From positions 3,040,001 to 3,104,000 of the forward strand of contig OZ243927.1 of the NCBI GenBank assembly GCA_965213925.1: a DNA stretch of 64,000 nucleotides, in the 5' to 3' direction. The notes under the pieces were generated by a model. It was given only the letters and a program-made list of their open reading frames with translations, was not told where the DNA came from and ran no database searches. Positions 38,981 through 48,959 of this stretch are shown piece after piece (position 1 is the first letter of the stretch; each line of letters starts with the position of its first letter). The DNA is from Trueperaceae bacterium. GTDB lineage: Bacteria > Deinococcota > Deinococci > Deinococcales > Trueperaceae. The position numbers were made by a program, and so were the translations under genes.

Positions 38981-40834
38981 TCACGCCGCATCTAACGACT
39001 CCTCCAACTGCTGCCGCCTGTCGATATCCGCGTACCAGCCGTCTTGCGCAATTAGCTCCTCATGCGAGCCTTCTTCGAGGATGCGCCCCTCTTCCAAAAC
39101 GAGGATGCGATCGGTATTTTGAAAGCCCGAGACGCGGTGTCCGACGATGATGCTGGTGCGCCCCGGCATCACCTCAGCGAGCCCGTCCAAGATGAGCGCC
39201 TCGGTCTGGGTGTCCACAGCGGAGAGGGCGTCGTCCAGAATGAGGATATTCGGATTGCGGATAATCGCCCGCGCCATCGCCGTGCGCTGCCGCTGACCAC
39301 CCGAAAGCGTCACGCCGCGCTCGCCCAAACTCGTGTCGTAGCCTTGCGGAAACTCCTCCACATCGCCCGCGAGCTGAACGAGCCGCGCGACCTCTTGCGC
39401 TTTGAGCTTCAGGTTTTCTGGCGTGTCGTCGGGGATGCCGTAGGCAATGTTTTCAGCAATCGTATCCGAGAAGAGGAAAGGTTCTTGCGGCACGAGCCCG
39501 ATGTGGCTGCGCAGAATTTGGAGCGGGTACTTTTTAACGTCCACGCCGTCAATCAGCACGGTTCCAGAAGTCGGGTCGATGAGGCGCGTGATGAGGTTGA
39601 CGATGATGGTCTTGCCCGAGCCCGTATGCCCGGTGACGCCGATGCTCTCCCCCGCCCGGATGCGGAAGGAGACGTTCTCCAAGGCGCGGAACTCGCCGAA
39701 GTCCACGGTGACGTCGCGAAACTCGATGTCGCCGCGCACGGTATTGAGGCTGTAGTCCGTGTTCTCGTCGTCCTGAATCTCGGGCTCCGCGTCGAAAATC
39801 TCCTTGAGCCGTCCCCAGGAGGTGTAGCCGCGCTGGGCAATGTTCGCAATCCAGCCGAGCGCCAAAAGGGGCCACTGAATCTGCGCGAAGAGCAAGACGA
39901 AGTCCACGAAGCCGCCCACCGTCAAGCTGCCACCGAGCCCAAGCGTGAAGCGCCCGCCGACGAGTAAAAGTGCGGAAATCGCGACACCGAACAAGAGTTC
40001 CATGAGCGGGAAGAGAGGTCCGTCTACTTTCGTTAGGGAGAGGTTGCGGCGGATGAACTCGTCGTTCAAACGTCCGAAGGCGTCCGTCTCGCGCGCTTCG
40101 ATGCCGAAGCCCTTGACCACGCGGATGCCGCTGAAGTTCTCCTGCGCCATCGCGGAGACGTTCGAAAACTGCTCCTGCACGCGCTCGTAGCGCCTGTAGA
40201 CCATCCGCAAGAGGATGAAGAAGCTGACCGTAATGAGCGGAATGATGAGGAGTGTCATCAGCGTCAAGTTGACGTTGAGGTTGAACATCCGGTAGAGCGT
40301 GAAGCCGATGAGCAAGAATGTGTTGATACCCTGAAAGACGCCCACGCCGATAAGCTGGCGTACTGCGCTCAAATCCGCCGTGAGCCGCGCCATGAGGTCG
40401 CCGACGCGCGTGTTGTCGTAGTAGTTCGTGCTCAAATCCGTAAAGTGGTCGAAGAGGTCGTGGCGGATGTCGAACTGGATTTCCCAACTGGCGTTGAGGA
40501 TGGTGCGGCGGACCATGATCATCGCGTAGGCAGCGACGCCCGCGACGAGCGCCAGACCGATGATGTAGAGCCAGATGCTCGGGTTTTCGGGGGGCGTCGT
40601 GAGGTTGCGGTAGAGGTCTTGGAAGGTTTCTACGTTGCTGAACAAACCGGCAAAATAAGCCCAGGGAGCTTCGAGGGTCATCACCTCGCGGTTAAAGGCG
40701 TCGATAGCGTTACCGATGATTCTGGGCGTTTGCACCGTAAAGAAGCTGTAGACGACGAGCATGAAGATGCCCACCGAGAACTGTCTCGGGTAGCGGCGGA
40801 TATAGGCGTAGAGTTCTTTCGTCATTTTTAGCAT
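38981..40834 (-). CDS. ABC exporter, permease plus ATPase (heterodimer subunit A, degenerate Walker B)
   Basis: GHTGSGKT, LSGGQRQR, ILDDALSAVD. Confidence 0.95.
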   Translation of the reverse strand: MLKMTKELYAYIRRYPRQFSVGIFMLVVYSFFTVQTPRIIGNAIDAFNREVMTLEAPWAYFAGLFSNVETFQDLYRNLTTPPENPSIWLYIIGLALVAGVAAYAMIMVRRTILNASWEIQFDIRHDLFDHFTDLSTNYYDNTRVGDLMARLTADLSAVRQLIGVGVFQGINTFLLIGFTLYRMFNLNVNLTLMTLLIIPLITVSFFILLRMVYRRYERVQEQFSNVSAMAQENFSGIRVVKGFGIEARETDAFGRLNDEFIRRNLSLTKVDGPLFPLMELLFGVAISALLLVGGRFTLGLGGSLTVGGFVDFVLLFAQIQWPLLALGWIANIAQRGYTSWGRLKEIFDAEPEIQDDENTDYSLNTVRGDIEFRDVTVDFGEFRALENVSFRIRAGESIGVTGHTGSGKTIIVNLITRLIDPTSGTVLIDGVDVKKYPLQILRSHIGLVPQEPFLFSDTIAENIAYGIPDDTPENLKLKAQEVARLVQLAGDVEEFPQGYDTSLGERGVTLSGGQRQRTAMARAIIRNPNILILDDALSAVDTQTEALILDGLAEVMPGRTSIIVGHRVSGFQNTDRILVLEEGRILEEGSHEELIAQDGWYADIDRRQQLEESLDAA

Positions 40835-41028
40835 GAGTTCCCCTACCCAGGAATGGTCGCGGTGGTCGTAAGTAATATAGATTTGTGGAGGCTCGAGGCG
40901 TCAAAAGCGCTAAGCAGCCTGTGATATTAGCACGTTTTCAAGATGGGAGGTTAGTGCCCGCTAACACAACATCACAAAAGTACCGTACGCAATAACAGCG
41001 CTAACGGTACGCCGGTGAGCACTGCTTC

Positions 41029-41053
41029 GTAGGGGGAATTCATGAATTCTTAC
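41029..41053. repeat. Degenerate GTAG-type REP
   Basis: GTAGGGGGAATTCATGAATTCTTAC. Confidence 0.6.
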
Positions 41054-41064
41054 GCGCTGCACTC

Positions 41065-42117
41065 TCAACCTTGCAGCGCCGCCTCGTCCTCCTGCGCCAG
41101 CTCCGCAAGCTTATCGAACTGCTGCACCGTCCCGAGCGAGATGAGGTGGTCGCCCGCTTGCAGGGTGAAGTCCGCGTCTGGGTTACTGATGGGCTCGCTG
41201 CCGCGCAAAATCGCCAAGATATTGACGCCGGAGCGCCGCCGCAAGTCGAGCGACCCTAAGCTTTTGCCTTCGAAGGTGCTCGCAGGTTGGACCTCGAACT
41301 CTTGCACCCCTAAAGCCGCCTGCCCCCGCATCAACGTCGTCTCTAAAAAGTCGATCACGGCGGGGTTGATGGCTAAATTGACGAGCCGCCGTCCGCCTAC
41401 AGCGTAGGGGTTGATCACCCTGTCCGCGCCCGCTTGCTTGAGCTTGCGCAGGGCGGCGTCCTCGTCCGCACGGGCGATAATCAGCAGGTCGCGGTTCAAG
41501 GCCCGCGCGCTCATCGCGATAAAGGCGTTGCTCGCGTCGTTACCGGCCGCCGCGATAAGTCCTTTCGCGCGTTCGATACCTGCCAGTTCCAAGACGTCAT
41601 CCTCAGTGGCGTCGCCGCGCACGAAGAGGTAGCCCTCCCGCTCGGCGACATCGAGTACAACGTCATCGTTGTCAACGACGACGAACGCTTCCTCGCTTTC
41701 GCGCAGTTCGCTCGCGGCTTGCTGCCCCATCCGCCCGAAACCCGCCAGAATAATGTGTTTGCCCAGTTGCGCGATTTTCTCTTTCATCCTGCGCCTTTCT
41801 CCCTGACCGCTGAGTTGCACCGCGACGAGGTGCTCCATTACCGCCGTGAAGAGGTAAAACAGACTGGCAATCCCCGTTATCGCGATAAACACCGTGAAAA
41901 TACGCCCGACGCCCCTCAGCGGATGAATTTCATTATAACCAACCGTCGTGATGGTGATGAAGGTCATGTAGAGCGCGTCGAGCCAGGTGCCGCCCTCGCT
42001 GAGCCACAAGAGGTAGTAGCCCACCGTACCGACGACAATCACGCCGATGGCGAGAAGGATAGGATACTTGAGGCGGCGGATGAGGTCGGAGAAGTTCGGG
42101 GCGCTGGCGTTTGGCAC
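41065..42117 (-). CDS. Potassium channel family protein (2 TM pore plus TrkA-N/TrkA-C RCK domains)
   Basis: WLDALYMTFITITTVGYNE pore, GFGRMG, GDAT, AGADRVINP. Confidence 0.92.
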   Translation of the reverse strand: MPNASAPNFSDLIRRLKYPILLAIGVIVVGTVGYYLLWLSEGGTWLDALYMTFITITTVGYNEIHPLRGVGRIFTVFIAITGIASLFYLFTAVMEHLVAVQLSGQGERRRMKEKIAQLGKHIILAGFGRMGQQAASELRESEEAFVVVDNDDVVLDVAEREGYLFVRGDATEDDVLELAGIERAKGLIAAAGNDASNAFIAMSARALNRDLLIIARADEDAALRKLKQAGADRVINPYAVGGRRLVNLAINPAVIDFLETTLMRGQAALGVQEFEVQPASTFEGKSLGSLDLRRRSGVNILAILRGSEPISNPDADFTLQAGDHLISLGTVQQFDKLAELAQEDEAALQG

Positions 42118-42278
42118 AGGGATATTATCGCCTAAACCGTTCGGGCAACACAAATGGATTTAGGCGAACGCAACGGGAACAAGCAGACGCTAAGGTCCTG
42201 ACCATCTCACATAGACTACGTGCGCCATGCTCTAAGTGCCATCCCCGCATCAGCAGACCGCGAGCGAAACGCCCTGCG

Positions 42279-43109
42279 TCAACCGAACGAAATTTTCTTA
42301 AATTCCTTTGTTTGCTCCTCCAACGCTCTCTCCACAGGCAGCCGCTCCATGCTGCTCGCCCCGTAAAACCCGTTTACATGCTTGCAATGTTTGAGGACAT
42401 ATTCCGCGTCGTCGGGCATCGCGATAGGTCCGCCGTGACAGAGGATGATGACGTCGTCTCGCACCGACTTCGCCGCGTCTGACCATTCGTCGATAAGAGG
42501 TACACAATCCTCTAAAGTCTTACCCGTCTCCGCGCCGATGGCTCCACCTGTCGTCAAGCCCATATGAGGAACGAGAATGTCCGCGCCCGCTTCGGTCATA
42601 GCCGCGGCGTCCTCCGCGCTGAAGATATAGGGTGTAGTGAAGAGGTCTAAAGCGTGCGCGTTCGCTATCATCTCGACCTCTAGGTCGTAACCCATCCCAG
42701 TCTCTTCCAAGTTCGTCCTAAAGTTGCCGTCAATCAAACCGACCGTAGGAAAGTTCTGCACGCCGGAAAAGCCCAAATATTTGAGGTCTTCTAAAAAAGA
42801 GTTCAACATGAAGGGGTCCGTTCCGTTGACACCTGCTAGGACGGGCGTCTCCTTAACGACGGGCAGCACCTCTTTCGCCATCTCTACAACAATCTCGTTG
42901 GCGTTGCCATAAGCCAAAAGTCCCGCTAACGAGCCGCGCCCCGCCATGCGGTAGCGCCCCGAGTTGTAAATCACGATGAGGTCAATCCCGCCCGCTTCCT
43001 CCCACTTCGCGGAGAGCCCCGTGCCTGCGCCCCCGCCGATGATGGGCTCACCGCGCTCAATCATGCGGTTAAATTTAGCTAAGAGGTCGGAACGTTCGAA
43101 TTGGGGCAT
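42279..43109 (-). CDS. TIM-barrel protein, phosphoenolpyruvate-hydrolase-like family (homologue of the Tm-1 C-terminal domain)
   Basis: [57 protein letters not shown]. Confidence 0.92.
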   Translation of the reverse strand: MPQFERSDLLAKFNRMIERGEPIIGGGAGTGLSAKWEEAGGIDLIVIYNSGRYRMAGRGSLAGLLAYGNANEIVVEMAKEVLPVVKETPVLAGVNGTDPFMLNSFLEDLKYLGFSGVQNFPTVGLIDGNFRTNLEETGMGYDLEVEMIANAHALDLFTTPYIFSAEDAAAMTEAGADILVPHMGLTTGGAIGAETGKTLEDCVPLIDEWSDAAKSVRDDVIILCHGGPIAMPDDAEYVLKHCKHVNGFYGASSMERLPVERALEEQTKEFKKISFG

Positions 43110-43202
43110 AAGGTCTCCTAGGAGAAGGGTCAGCTTGTTAGCATTTCGGCGGGTCAGCTCGAGTTTACGTAGCAGCGTTGGCTATAAATGAATGCGGCGC
43201 GG

Positions 43203-43232
43203 CGTAGGGGCGATTCATGAATCGCCCCTACG
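43203..43232. repeat. GTAG-type REP-like perfect palindrome
   Basis: CGTAGGGGCGATTCATGAATCGCCCCTACG. Confidence 0.9.
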
Positions 43233-43240
43233 GAGAAGCG

Positions 43241-44437
43241 TTACTGGACGACCTCATTAAAATGCTGCACTAACGCCTCGGCGAACTCCGGGTCGTTAAT
43301 GTTGTGGGGCAAGCGGATGAGCTGGCGGTGTTCAGTCTGCTTCACGGTCTCTTCCAATGCGCCAAAGAGCGCCTTGTCCGCTTCGGGGTCGTGAAACGGT
43401 TGACCCTCAGCGTCCAGCATCGAGACGCCGCCCTCGGGAATCAAAAAGCGTACGGGTCCCGCGCACTGGTTGAGCTTTTCGCCGATCCAACGCCCCATCT
43501 TCTCGTTCTCTTCAGGTGTGGTGCGCATAAGCGTAACCTGTGGATTATGAACGTAGAGGTTGCGGTCTTGGTACTTCCCCGGCACCGTCTCCTTCGCGCC
43601 GAAGTTCACCATGTCGAGCGCCCCGCACGAGCCGACGTAGGGAAGACCTGTTCTCGCCACAGCGCCCAACCTATCTTCGCCTGCGCTCATCACCCCGCCC
43701 ATCAAGAGGTCGGCGACTTCGGTGGTGGTGAGGTCGACCACGCCCGCGACGAGACCGGAGTCAACGAGTTTTTCCATCGACTGCCCGCCTGTGCCGGTAG
43801 CGTGGAAGACCAGACAGTCGTAGTCGTTCTCGAGCCTCTCCCGCACCGCTTCGGCGCAAGGCGTCGTCACGCCGAACATGGTGATGCCTACGGCGGGCTT
43901 CGACTCCTCGACTTGCGGAACCTGGTTCGCGACCATGCCCGCTACGGCGTGAGCGGCGTTGCCTAAGACGCGCCTCGAGATTCTATTGAGCCCCGCCACG
44001 TCCGTCACCGAGTACATCATGCAAATGTCGCTCGGTCCCACATAAGGCGCGACGTTGCCCGACGCAACCGTGGAAACCACGACTTTTGGCACGCCGACTT
44101 TCAAGGTGCGCATCGCGGGCGTAACGAGCGCCGTGCCGCCCGAGCCGCCGAGCCCAAGCATCCCCGCGACGTCGTTTTTAGTTTGGATGAAGTGCTCGAA
44201 CGCCGTCGCCATCGCACCCACCGCTTCGCCTCTATCATCGCTGAAAACAGCATCCTGACCCTCTGGATGATGCGAGGCGACCTCTTGTGCGCTCACGTCA
44301 ACCTCTCCCTCACCACGCTTCGTGCCAACGTCAACGGTGGTGACGGACGCACCTGCTCGTCTCACTAAGTCTGCAACATAGCGTAGCTCTTCACCTTTTG
44401 TATCGAACGTGCCGACGACATAAACTGCCATACTCAC
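43241..44437 (-). CDS. Tm-1-like ATP-binding protein (UPF0261)
   Basis: [60 protein letters not shown]. Confidence 0.93.
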   Translation of the reverse strand: MSMAVYVVGTFDTKGEELRYVADLVRRAGASVTTVDVGTKRGEGEVDVSAQEVASHHPEGQDAVFSDDRGEAVGAMATAFEHFIQTKNDVAGMLGLGGSGGTALVTPAMRTLKVGVPKVVVSTVASGNVAPYVGPSDICMMYSVTDVAGLNRISRRVLGNAAHAVAGMVANQVPQVEESKPAVGITMFGVTTPCAEAVRERLENDYDCLVFHATGTGGQSMEKLVDSGLVAGVVDLTTTEVADLLMGGVMSAGEDRLGAVARTGLPYVGSCGALDMVNFGAKETVPGKYQDRNLYVHNPQVTLMRTTPEENEKMGRWIGEKLNQCAGPVRFLIPEGGVSMLDAEGQPFHDPEADKALFGALEETVKQTEHRQLIRLPHNINDPEFAEALVQHFNEVVQ

Positions 44438-44868
44438 CCGCGTTTGGGCGTTTCGCCCGCCGGAAAGACTTGCACGCCAGGGACGCCGCGCAGCACGTCT
44501 TCGGGGCCGGGCGGCGCGTAGATCGCCACCAGTTTAAGGGGTTCCCAACCCGTGTTAATCGTCTCGTGAAACACGTCTGGCGGAATATGGATGAGCGTCC
44601 CCGCGCCCACCTCGCGCCGCTCCTCTTGCGTCTCGCCGTTTCCGTCCGAGACCTCGACCATCTGCTCGCCCGTACCCGAAATGACGTAGAGGATTTCCTC
44701 GACGCCGGGGTGGTTGTGGCGCTCGTGACTTTTGCCGGGTTCTAGGATGACGACGCCCGCTGTAAACCTGTCGGTCTTCGTCACCTTGGGTTCAGAAAGC
44801 CATTTGATGCTGCCCCAATCGAAGACGAGAGTTTCGACGTTGTTGGGGTCGATAAAAGGGGATGCCAT
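44434..44868 (-). CDS. Cupin domain protein
   Basis: [20 protein letters not shown] and [13 protein letters not shown] metal-binding cupin motifs. 4-bp overlap with the next gene. Confidence 0.92.
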   Translation of the reverse strand: MASPFIDPNNVETLVFDWGSIKWLSEPKVTKTDRFTAGVVILEPGKSHERHNHPGVEEILYVISGTGEQMVEVSDGNGETQEERREVGAGTLIHIPPDVFHETINTGWEPLKLVAIYAPPGPEDVLRGVPGVQVFPAGETPKRG

Positions 44869-44982
44869 AAGGTACTCCTCGCAAATTCACTTGCTACTCA
44901 TTTCTTCCGGTTTCTACTGAGTTGGCTATTAGCTTTTAGCGGTTAGGTACTAGCAAAGGTCCTCAGCTAATCGCTAAAAGCT

Positions 44983-45013
44983 AAAAAAGGGCTGACCTCG
45001 TCAGCCAGCCCCT
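44983..45013 (-). terminator. Putative rho-independent terminator after the CoxM-like gene
   Basis: Minus strand GGCTGAC-GAG-GTCAGCC-CTTTTTT. Confidence 0.6.
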
Positions 45014-45037
45014 CACGTCAGCGTCGCCAAAACATCC

Positions 45038-45892
45038 TCAAGCGTTTTCCCACGCTTCTAAAAGTGCCCGTTTGGTCAGCGCTTTCGTAAGCTGACGGCG
45101 GTAGTCCGCGTTAGCGAAGGGGTCTTCTAACGGCATGATGTCGTCCGCCGCGTGCTCCGCCGCTTGGCTCGCGAGGTCTGCGCTAAAGGTCTGTCCCGCC
45201 AGTGCATTTTCGGTGCCTTCAGCGCGGTACGCCCCATCCGACATACCCGTGACACCGACGCGACACGTTTTGACGGTATCACCGTCTTTCTCGAGCACGA
45301 CCGCCACACCAACCACGGCGTAACCCGACGCCGGGTGGCGCATCTTCTGGTAGGACGAACCGCCCTTTTGATAGGGCACGCGAATCTCGGTTAAGATTTC
45401 GCCCTCTTGCACGGCGGTCTCGAAGAAGCCGAAGAAAAACTCACCTGCAGGAACGGTGCGCTCGCCCTCCGCGCCGCGGATGACCATCTCCGCTCCTAAC
45501 GCCAAAATCGCCGCTGGCGGGTCGCCTGCCGGGTCCGCGTGCGCAATCGCTCCGCCGAGCGTCCCGCAATTACGTACCTGCATGTCGCCGACGTTGTTGA
45601 TGAGCTGCGCTAGAAGAGGCGCTTTATCCCTGACGATATCATTACTTTCGACTTGGTAGTACGTTGAGAGCGCGCCGATTGCGATGTGGTCGCCCTCATC
45701 GCGGACGTGTTGCAAGTCGCCGCGCAGCTTGCGCATGTCGATGAGGTGCGCGGGCGTGGCGAGGCGCAGCTTCATGGTCGGCATGAGGCTGTGCCCGCCC
45801 GCGAGAAGCTTCGCGTCGCTGTGTTCGCTCATCAAGCTGAGCGCCTCGTCGATGGACGTAGGGGTGTGGTAGGTGAAGCTGGCTGGGTGCAT
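45038..45892 (-). CDS. coxM: Molybdenum hydroxylase FAD subunit (CoxM/CutM-like)
   Basis: LAGGHSLMPTMKLR, QVRNCGTLGG, ADPAGD. Confidence 0.9.
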   Translation of the reverse strand: MHPASFTYHTPTSIDEALSLMSEHSDAKLLAGGHSLMPTMKLRLATPAHLIDMRKLRGDLQHVRDEGDHIAIGALSTYYQVESNDIVRDKAPLLAQLINNVGDMQVRNCGTLGGAIAHADPAGDPPAAILALGAEMVIRGAEGERTVPAGEFFFGFFETAVQEGEILTEIRVPYQKGGSSYQKMRHPASGYAVVGVAVVLEKDGDTVKTCRVGVTGMSDGAYRAEGTENALAGQTFSADLASQAAEHAADDIMPLEDPFANADYRRQLTKALTKRALLEAWENA

Positions 45893-45913
45893 AGAAATTC
45901 CTTTCAGGAATTG

Positions 45914-45973
45914 AGAGAAAAGTGCTGAGGACTGAGGTGAAAGAGAAAAACTCAGTCCTCAGCACTTTTCTCT
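45914..45973. repeat. Heptamer-built inverted repeat (GTGCTGA/GGACTGA)
   Basis: 23-bp arms AGAGAAAAGTGCTGAGGACTGAG / CTCAGTCCTCAGCACTTTTCTCT. Confidence 0.88.
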
Positions 45974-45985
45974 TTTCTCTCGCCT

Positions 45986-48352
45986 TTAATCTGCTGCCTG
46001 CGCTAACTGCGCGTCTTGCATGGCTTGCCAGACGCGGGGGGCGCTCATCGGCATGTCCATGTGGGTGATGCCGAAGGGTTGTAAGGCGTCCGTGACGGCG
46101 TTCGCGACTGCCGCCGTGCTCGCGATGCAGCCGGCTTCGCCGACTCCTTTGACGCCCAAGGGGTTTTGCGGCGCGGGGGTGACGGTGTGGTCGATTTCGA
46201 AAGAGGGCAAGTGTGAGGCTTTGGGTAGGGCGTAGTCCATGTATGAGCCCGTGAGGAGCTGACCGTTGTCGTCGTAGACGGCATTCTCAAGGAGGGCTTG
46301 CGAGACGCCCTGCGCGATGCCGCCGTGCACCTGTCCCTCGACGATCAAGGGGTTGATGAGGTTGCCGCAGTCGTCCACCGAGACGTAGCGAACGAGCTTG
46401 ACCTCGCCCGTGTCGGGCATAACTTCGACCATCGCGATATGCGTGCCGAAGGGGTAGGTGAAGTTCGTCGGGTCGAAGAAGGCGGTCTCCTCGAGCCCCG
46501 GTTCCAAATCATCCGGGTAGTTGTGCGCCAAATATGCCTGCAGCGCCACGTCGCCGAAGCCCACTGAATTCTCCGAGGAGCCCTTCACGCGGAAGTTGCC
46601 GTCTTCGTACTCTAAGTCATCTTCGCGCGCTTCCAAGAGGTGCGCCGCGATTTTCTGCGCTTTATCTTTAACCTTACGCGCCGCGTTGATGACCGCGCTG
46701 CCGCCCACCGGACCGCTCCGGCTGCCGTACGTTCCCCACCCAAAGGGCATCTTGCCCGTATCGCCGTGCACGACTTGGATATTTTCCATCGGCACGCCGA
46801 GTTCGTCGGCGACGATCTGCGCGAACGCGGTTTCGTGCCCTTGTCCGTGGCTGTGCGAGCCCGTGAAGACCTCGATCATCCCGGTCGGCGCGACGCGCAC
46901 GAGCGAGCTTTCCCACTGCCCCGCTTGCGCCCCGATGCTGCCGACCAAGGACGACGGAGCCAAGCCGCACGCCTCGACGAAGCACGAGAAGCCGATGCCT
47001 AAGTAGCGCCCGTTCTTGCGACCTTCGTCGCGCTCGCGCTTGAAGTCTTCGTAGCCGACCATCTCGAGCCCTTTATCCAACGCCCGCTCGTACTCGCCGC
47101 TGTCGTAAGCTAGCGCGACGGGCGTCTGATACGGGAACTGCTCGGGCTGGATGAAGTTTTTGCGGCGGAATTCTGCCGGGTCTTCGTCAAGTTCTATCGC
47201 CATGCGGTTCATGAGTCGCTCAATGACGTAAGTCGCCTCGGGTCGCCCTGCGCCGCGGTAGGCGTCCACGGGCGTCGTCGTCGTGAAGACGCCGTTGACC
47301 TCACAGTAAATCGCTGGAACTTGGTACGTGCCGGAGAGCAAGCAGCCGTAGAGGTACGTCGGCACGGCGGGCGCGAAGAGCGTTAAGTATGCGCCTAAGT
47401 TCGCATCCGTGTGGACGCGCACGCCCAGAATCTTGCCGTTCTCGTCCGTCGCCATCTCCGCTGTGGTGTGGTGGTCGCGCCCATGGGAGTCCGTCTGGAA
47501 GCTCTCGCTGCGCTTCGCGGTCCACTTGATGGGTCGCTTATGCTTTTTCGAGGCGTGTAAGACGACGACCTCTTCGGGGTACTGGAAAATCTTCGAGCCG
47601 AAGCCGCCGCCCACGTCGGGGCTCACGATGCGCAGCTTGTTCTCGGGGATGCTCATGACGAACGCCGCCAAGATGAGGCGGTGGACGTGGGGGTTTTGTG
47701 AGGTGGTGTAGAGCGTGTACTCGTCCGTGCCGGGGTTGTAGTCGGCTAGGGATGCTCTCGGCTCAATCGCGTTGGGGATGAGGCGGTTGTTACGCAGGCG
47801 GATGCTGACCGTGTGCGCCGCTCTGCCAAAGTTGGTGTCCGTCTCGTCCTTGTCGCCAATGGACCAGTTGAAACACTGGTTGCCGGGGACGTCGTCGTGG
47901 ACGCTCGGGGCGTCGTCCTCCAACGCCCTGTCCGCCCGCGCCACACCCGGAAGCTGCTCGTAATCGACCTTGACTAAGTCAACCGCGTCCTCCGCCGCGA
48001 CAACGCTCTCCGCGATGATCGCCGCAACGATTTCCCCTTGAAACCGCGCCTTATCGGTGGCGATCGCGTAGTGGGGCGGCGTCTTGATGTCGGGCAGGAG
48101 CCAACCCGGTGGAATCGAGCCGATGCCCGCATCCAGGAGTTCTTGCCCCACGATCACGTCGAGGACGCCGGGGTGCCTCAGCGCCTCGCTCGGGTCGATG
48201 CTGCTAATTTTCGCGTGCGCGTAGGGGCAGCGCACCATGACCACGTAAGCTTGCCCATGTAGGTTGATGTCGTCCGTATAGCGCCCTTCGCCCTTGATGA
48301 ATTTAGGGTCTTCGGTGCGCTTGACCGCCTTACCGATATATTTTTCGCTCAT
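45986..48352 (-). CDS. coxL: Molybdenum hydroxylase large subunit, form II CoxL-like
   Basis: VGGGFGSK, active-site loop AYRGAGRPE (form II, not form I AYRCSFR), HGQGHET, GVKGVGE. Confidence 0.9.
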   Translation of the reverse strand: MSEKYIGKAVKRTEDPKFIKGEGRYTDDINLHGQAYVVMVRCPYAHAKISSIDPSEALRHPGVLDVIVGQELLDAGIGSIPPGWLLPDIKTPPHYAIATDKARFQGEIVAAIIAESVVAAEDAVDLVKVDYEQLPGVARADRALEDDAPSVHDDVPGNQCFNWSIGDKDETDTNFGRAAHTVSIRLRNNRLIPNAIEPRASLADYNPGTDEYTLYTTSQNPHVHRLILAAFVMSIPENKLRIVSPDVGGGFGSKIFQYPEEVVVLHASKKHKRPIKWTAKRSESFQTDSHGRDHHTTAEMATDENGKILGVRVHTDANLGAYLTLFAPAVPTYLYGCLLSGTYQVPAIYCEVNGVFTTTTPVDAYRGAGRPEATYVIERLMNRMAIELDEDPAEFRRKNFIQPEQFPYQTPVALAYDSGEYERALDKGLEMVGYEDFKRERDEGRKNGRYLGIGFSCFVEACGLAPSSLVGSIGAQAGQWESSLVRVAPTGMIEVFTGSHSHGQGHETAFAQIVADELGVPMENIQVVHGDTGKMPFGWGTYGSRSGPVGGSAVINAARKVKDKAQKIAAHLLEAREDDLEYEDGNFRVKGSSENSVGFGDVALQAYLAHNYPDDLEPGLEETAFFDPTNFTYPFGTHIAMVEVMPDTGEVKLVRYVSVDDCGNLINPLIVEGQVHGGIAQGVSQALLENAVYDDNGQLLTGSYMDYALPKASHLPSFEIDHTVTPAPQNPLGVKGVGEAGCIASTAAVANAVTDALQPFGITHMDMPMSAPRVWQAMQDAQLAQAAD

Positions 48353-48367
48353 ATTAATACTCCTTTA

Positions 48368-48419
48368 GGACTGAGTGCTGAGGACTGAGTAGAAAAGTCT
48401 TTCACTCAGTCCTCAGTCC
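48368..48419. repeat. Heptamer-built inverted repeat
   Basis: GGACTGA-GTGCTGA-GGACTGAGT...ACTCAGTCCTCAGTCC. Confidence 0.85.
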
Positions 48420-48436
48420 TTTTCTCTTTCAACTTC

Positions 48437-48949
48437 CTAATCCGCCGCGACTGCTTGCTCCTGCGACGCCTGCATCTTATTCGCGGCATACTGCACCGCT
48501 TTGACGATGTTGTGGTAACCCGTGCAGCGGCAGTAGTTGCCCTCTAACCCCTCGCGTATTTCCGCTTCGGACGGGTTGGGGTTGCGCTCTAAAAGCTGCA
48601 CGGCGGTCATCAAAAAGCCGGGCGTGCAGAAGCCGCACTGTAAGCCGTGCTCCTCCCAGAAGCCCTCTTGCAGCGGGTGAAGCTCGTTGCCGTTAGCTAG
48701 GCCTTCAACGGTCTGAACTTCAGATTCATCAGCTTGCAAGGCGAGGATGGTGCAGGACTTGACGGCTAAACCGTCTAGCATCACGGTGCACGCGCCGCAA
48801 CTGCTCGTGTCGCAGCCGACGTGAGTGCCGGTCAGTCCTAGTTGGTCGCGGATGAGGTGAACCAAGAGCGTGCGCGGTTCGACTTCGCGGGTGTAGGGTT
48901 TGCCGTTGACGGATAGGGTGACGGAAACGGTAGAAGAAGGGGTGCTCAT
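48437..48949 (-). CDS. coxS: Molybdenum hydroxylase 2Fe-2S subunit (CoxS-like)
   Basis: [25 protein letters not shown]. Confidence 0.93.
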   Translation of the reverse strand: MSTPSSTVSVTLSVNGKPYTREVEPRTLLVHLIRDQLGLTGTHVGCDTSSCGACTVMLDGLAVKSCTILALQADESEVQTVEGLANGNELHPLQEGFWEEHGLQCGFCTPGFLMTAVQLLERNPNPSEAEIREGLEGNYCRCTGYHNIVKAVQYAANKMQASQEQAVAAD

Positions 48950-48959
48950 CTAAACTCCT

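Noticed and set aside
45986..48352. Bona fide aerobic CO dehydrogenase
   Set aside because: Lacks the Cu-binding AYxCSFR loop and has form II gene order.
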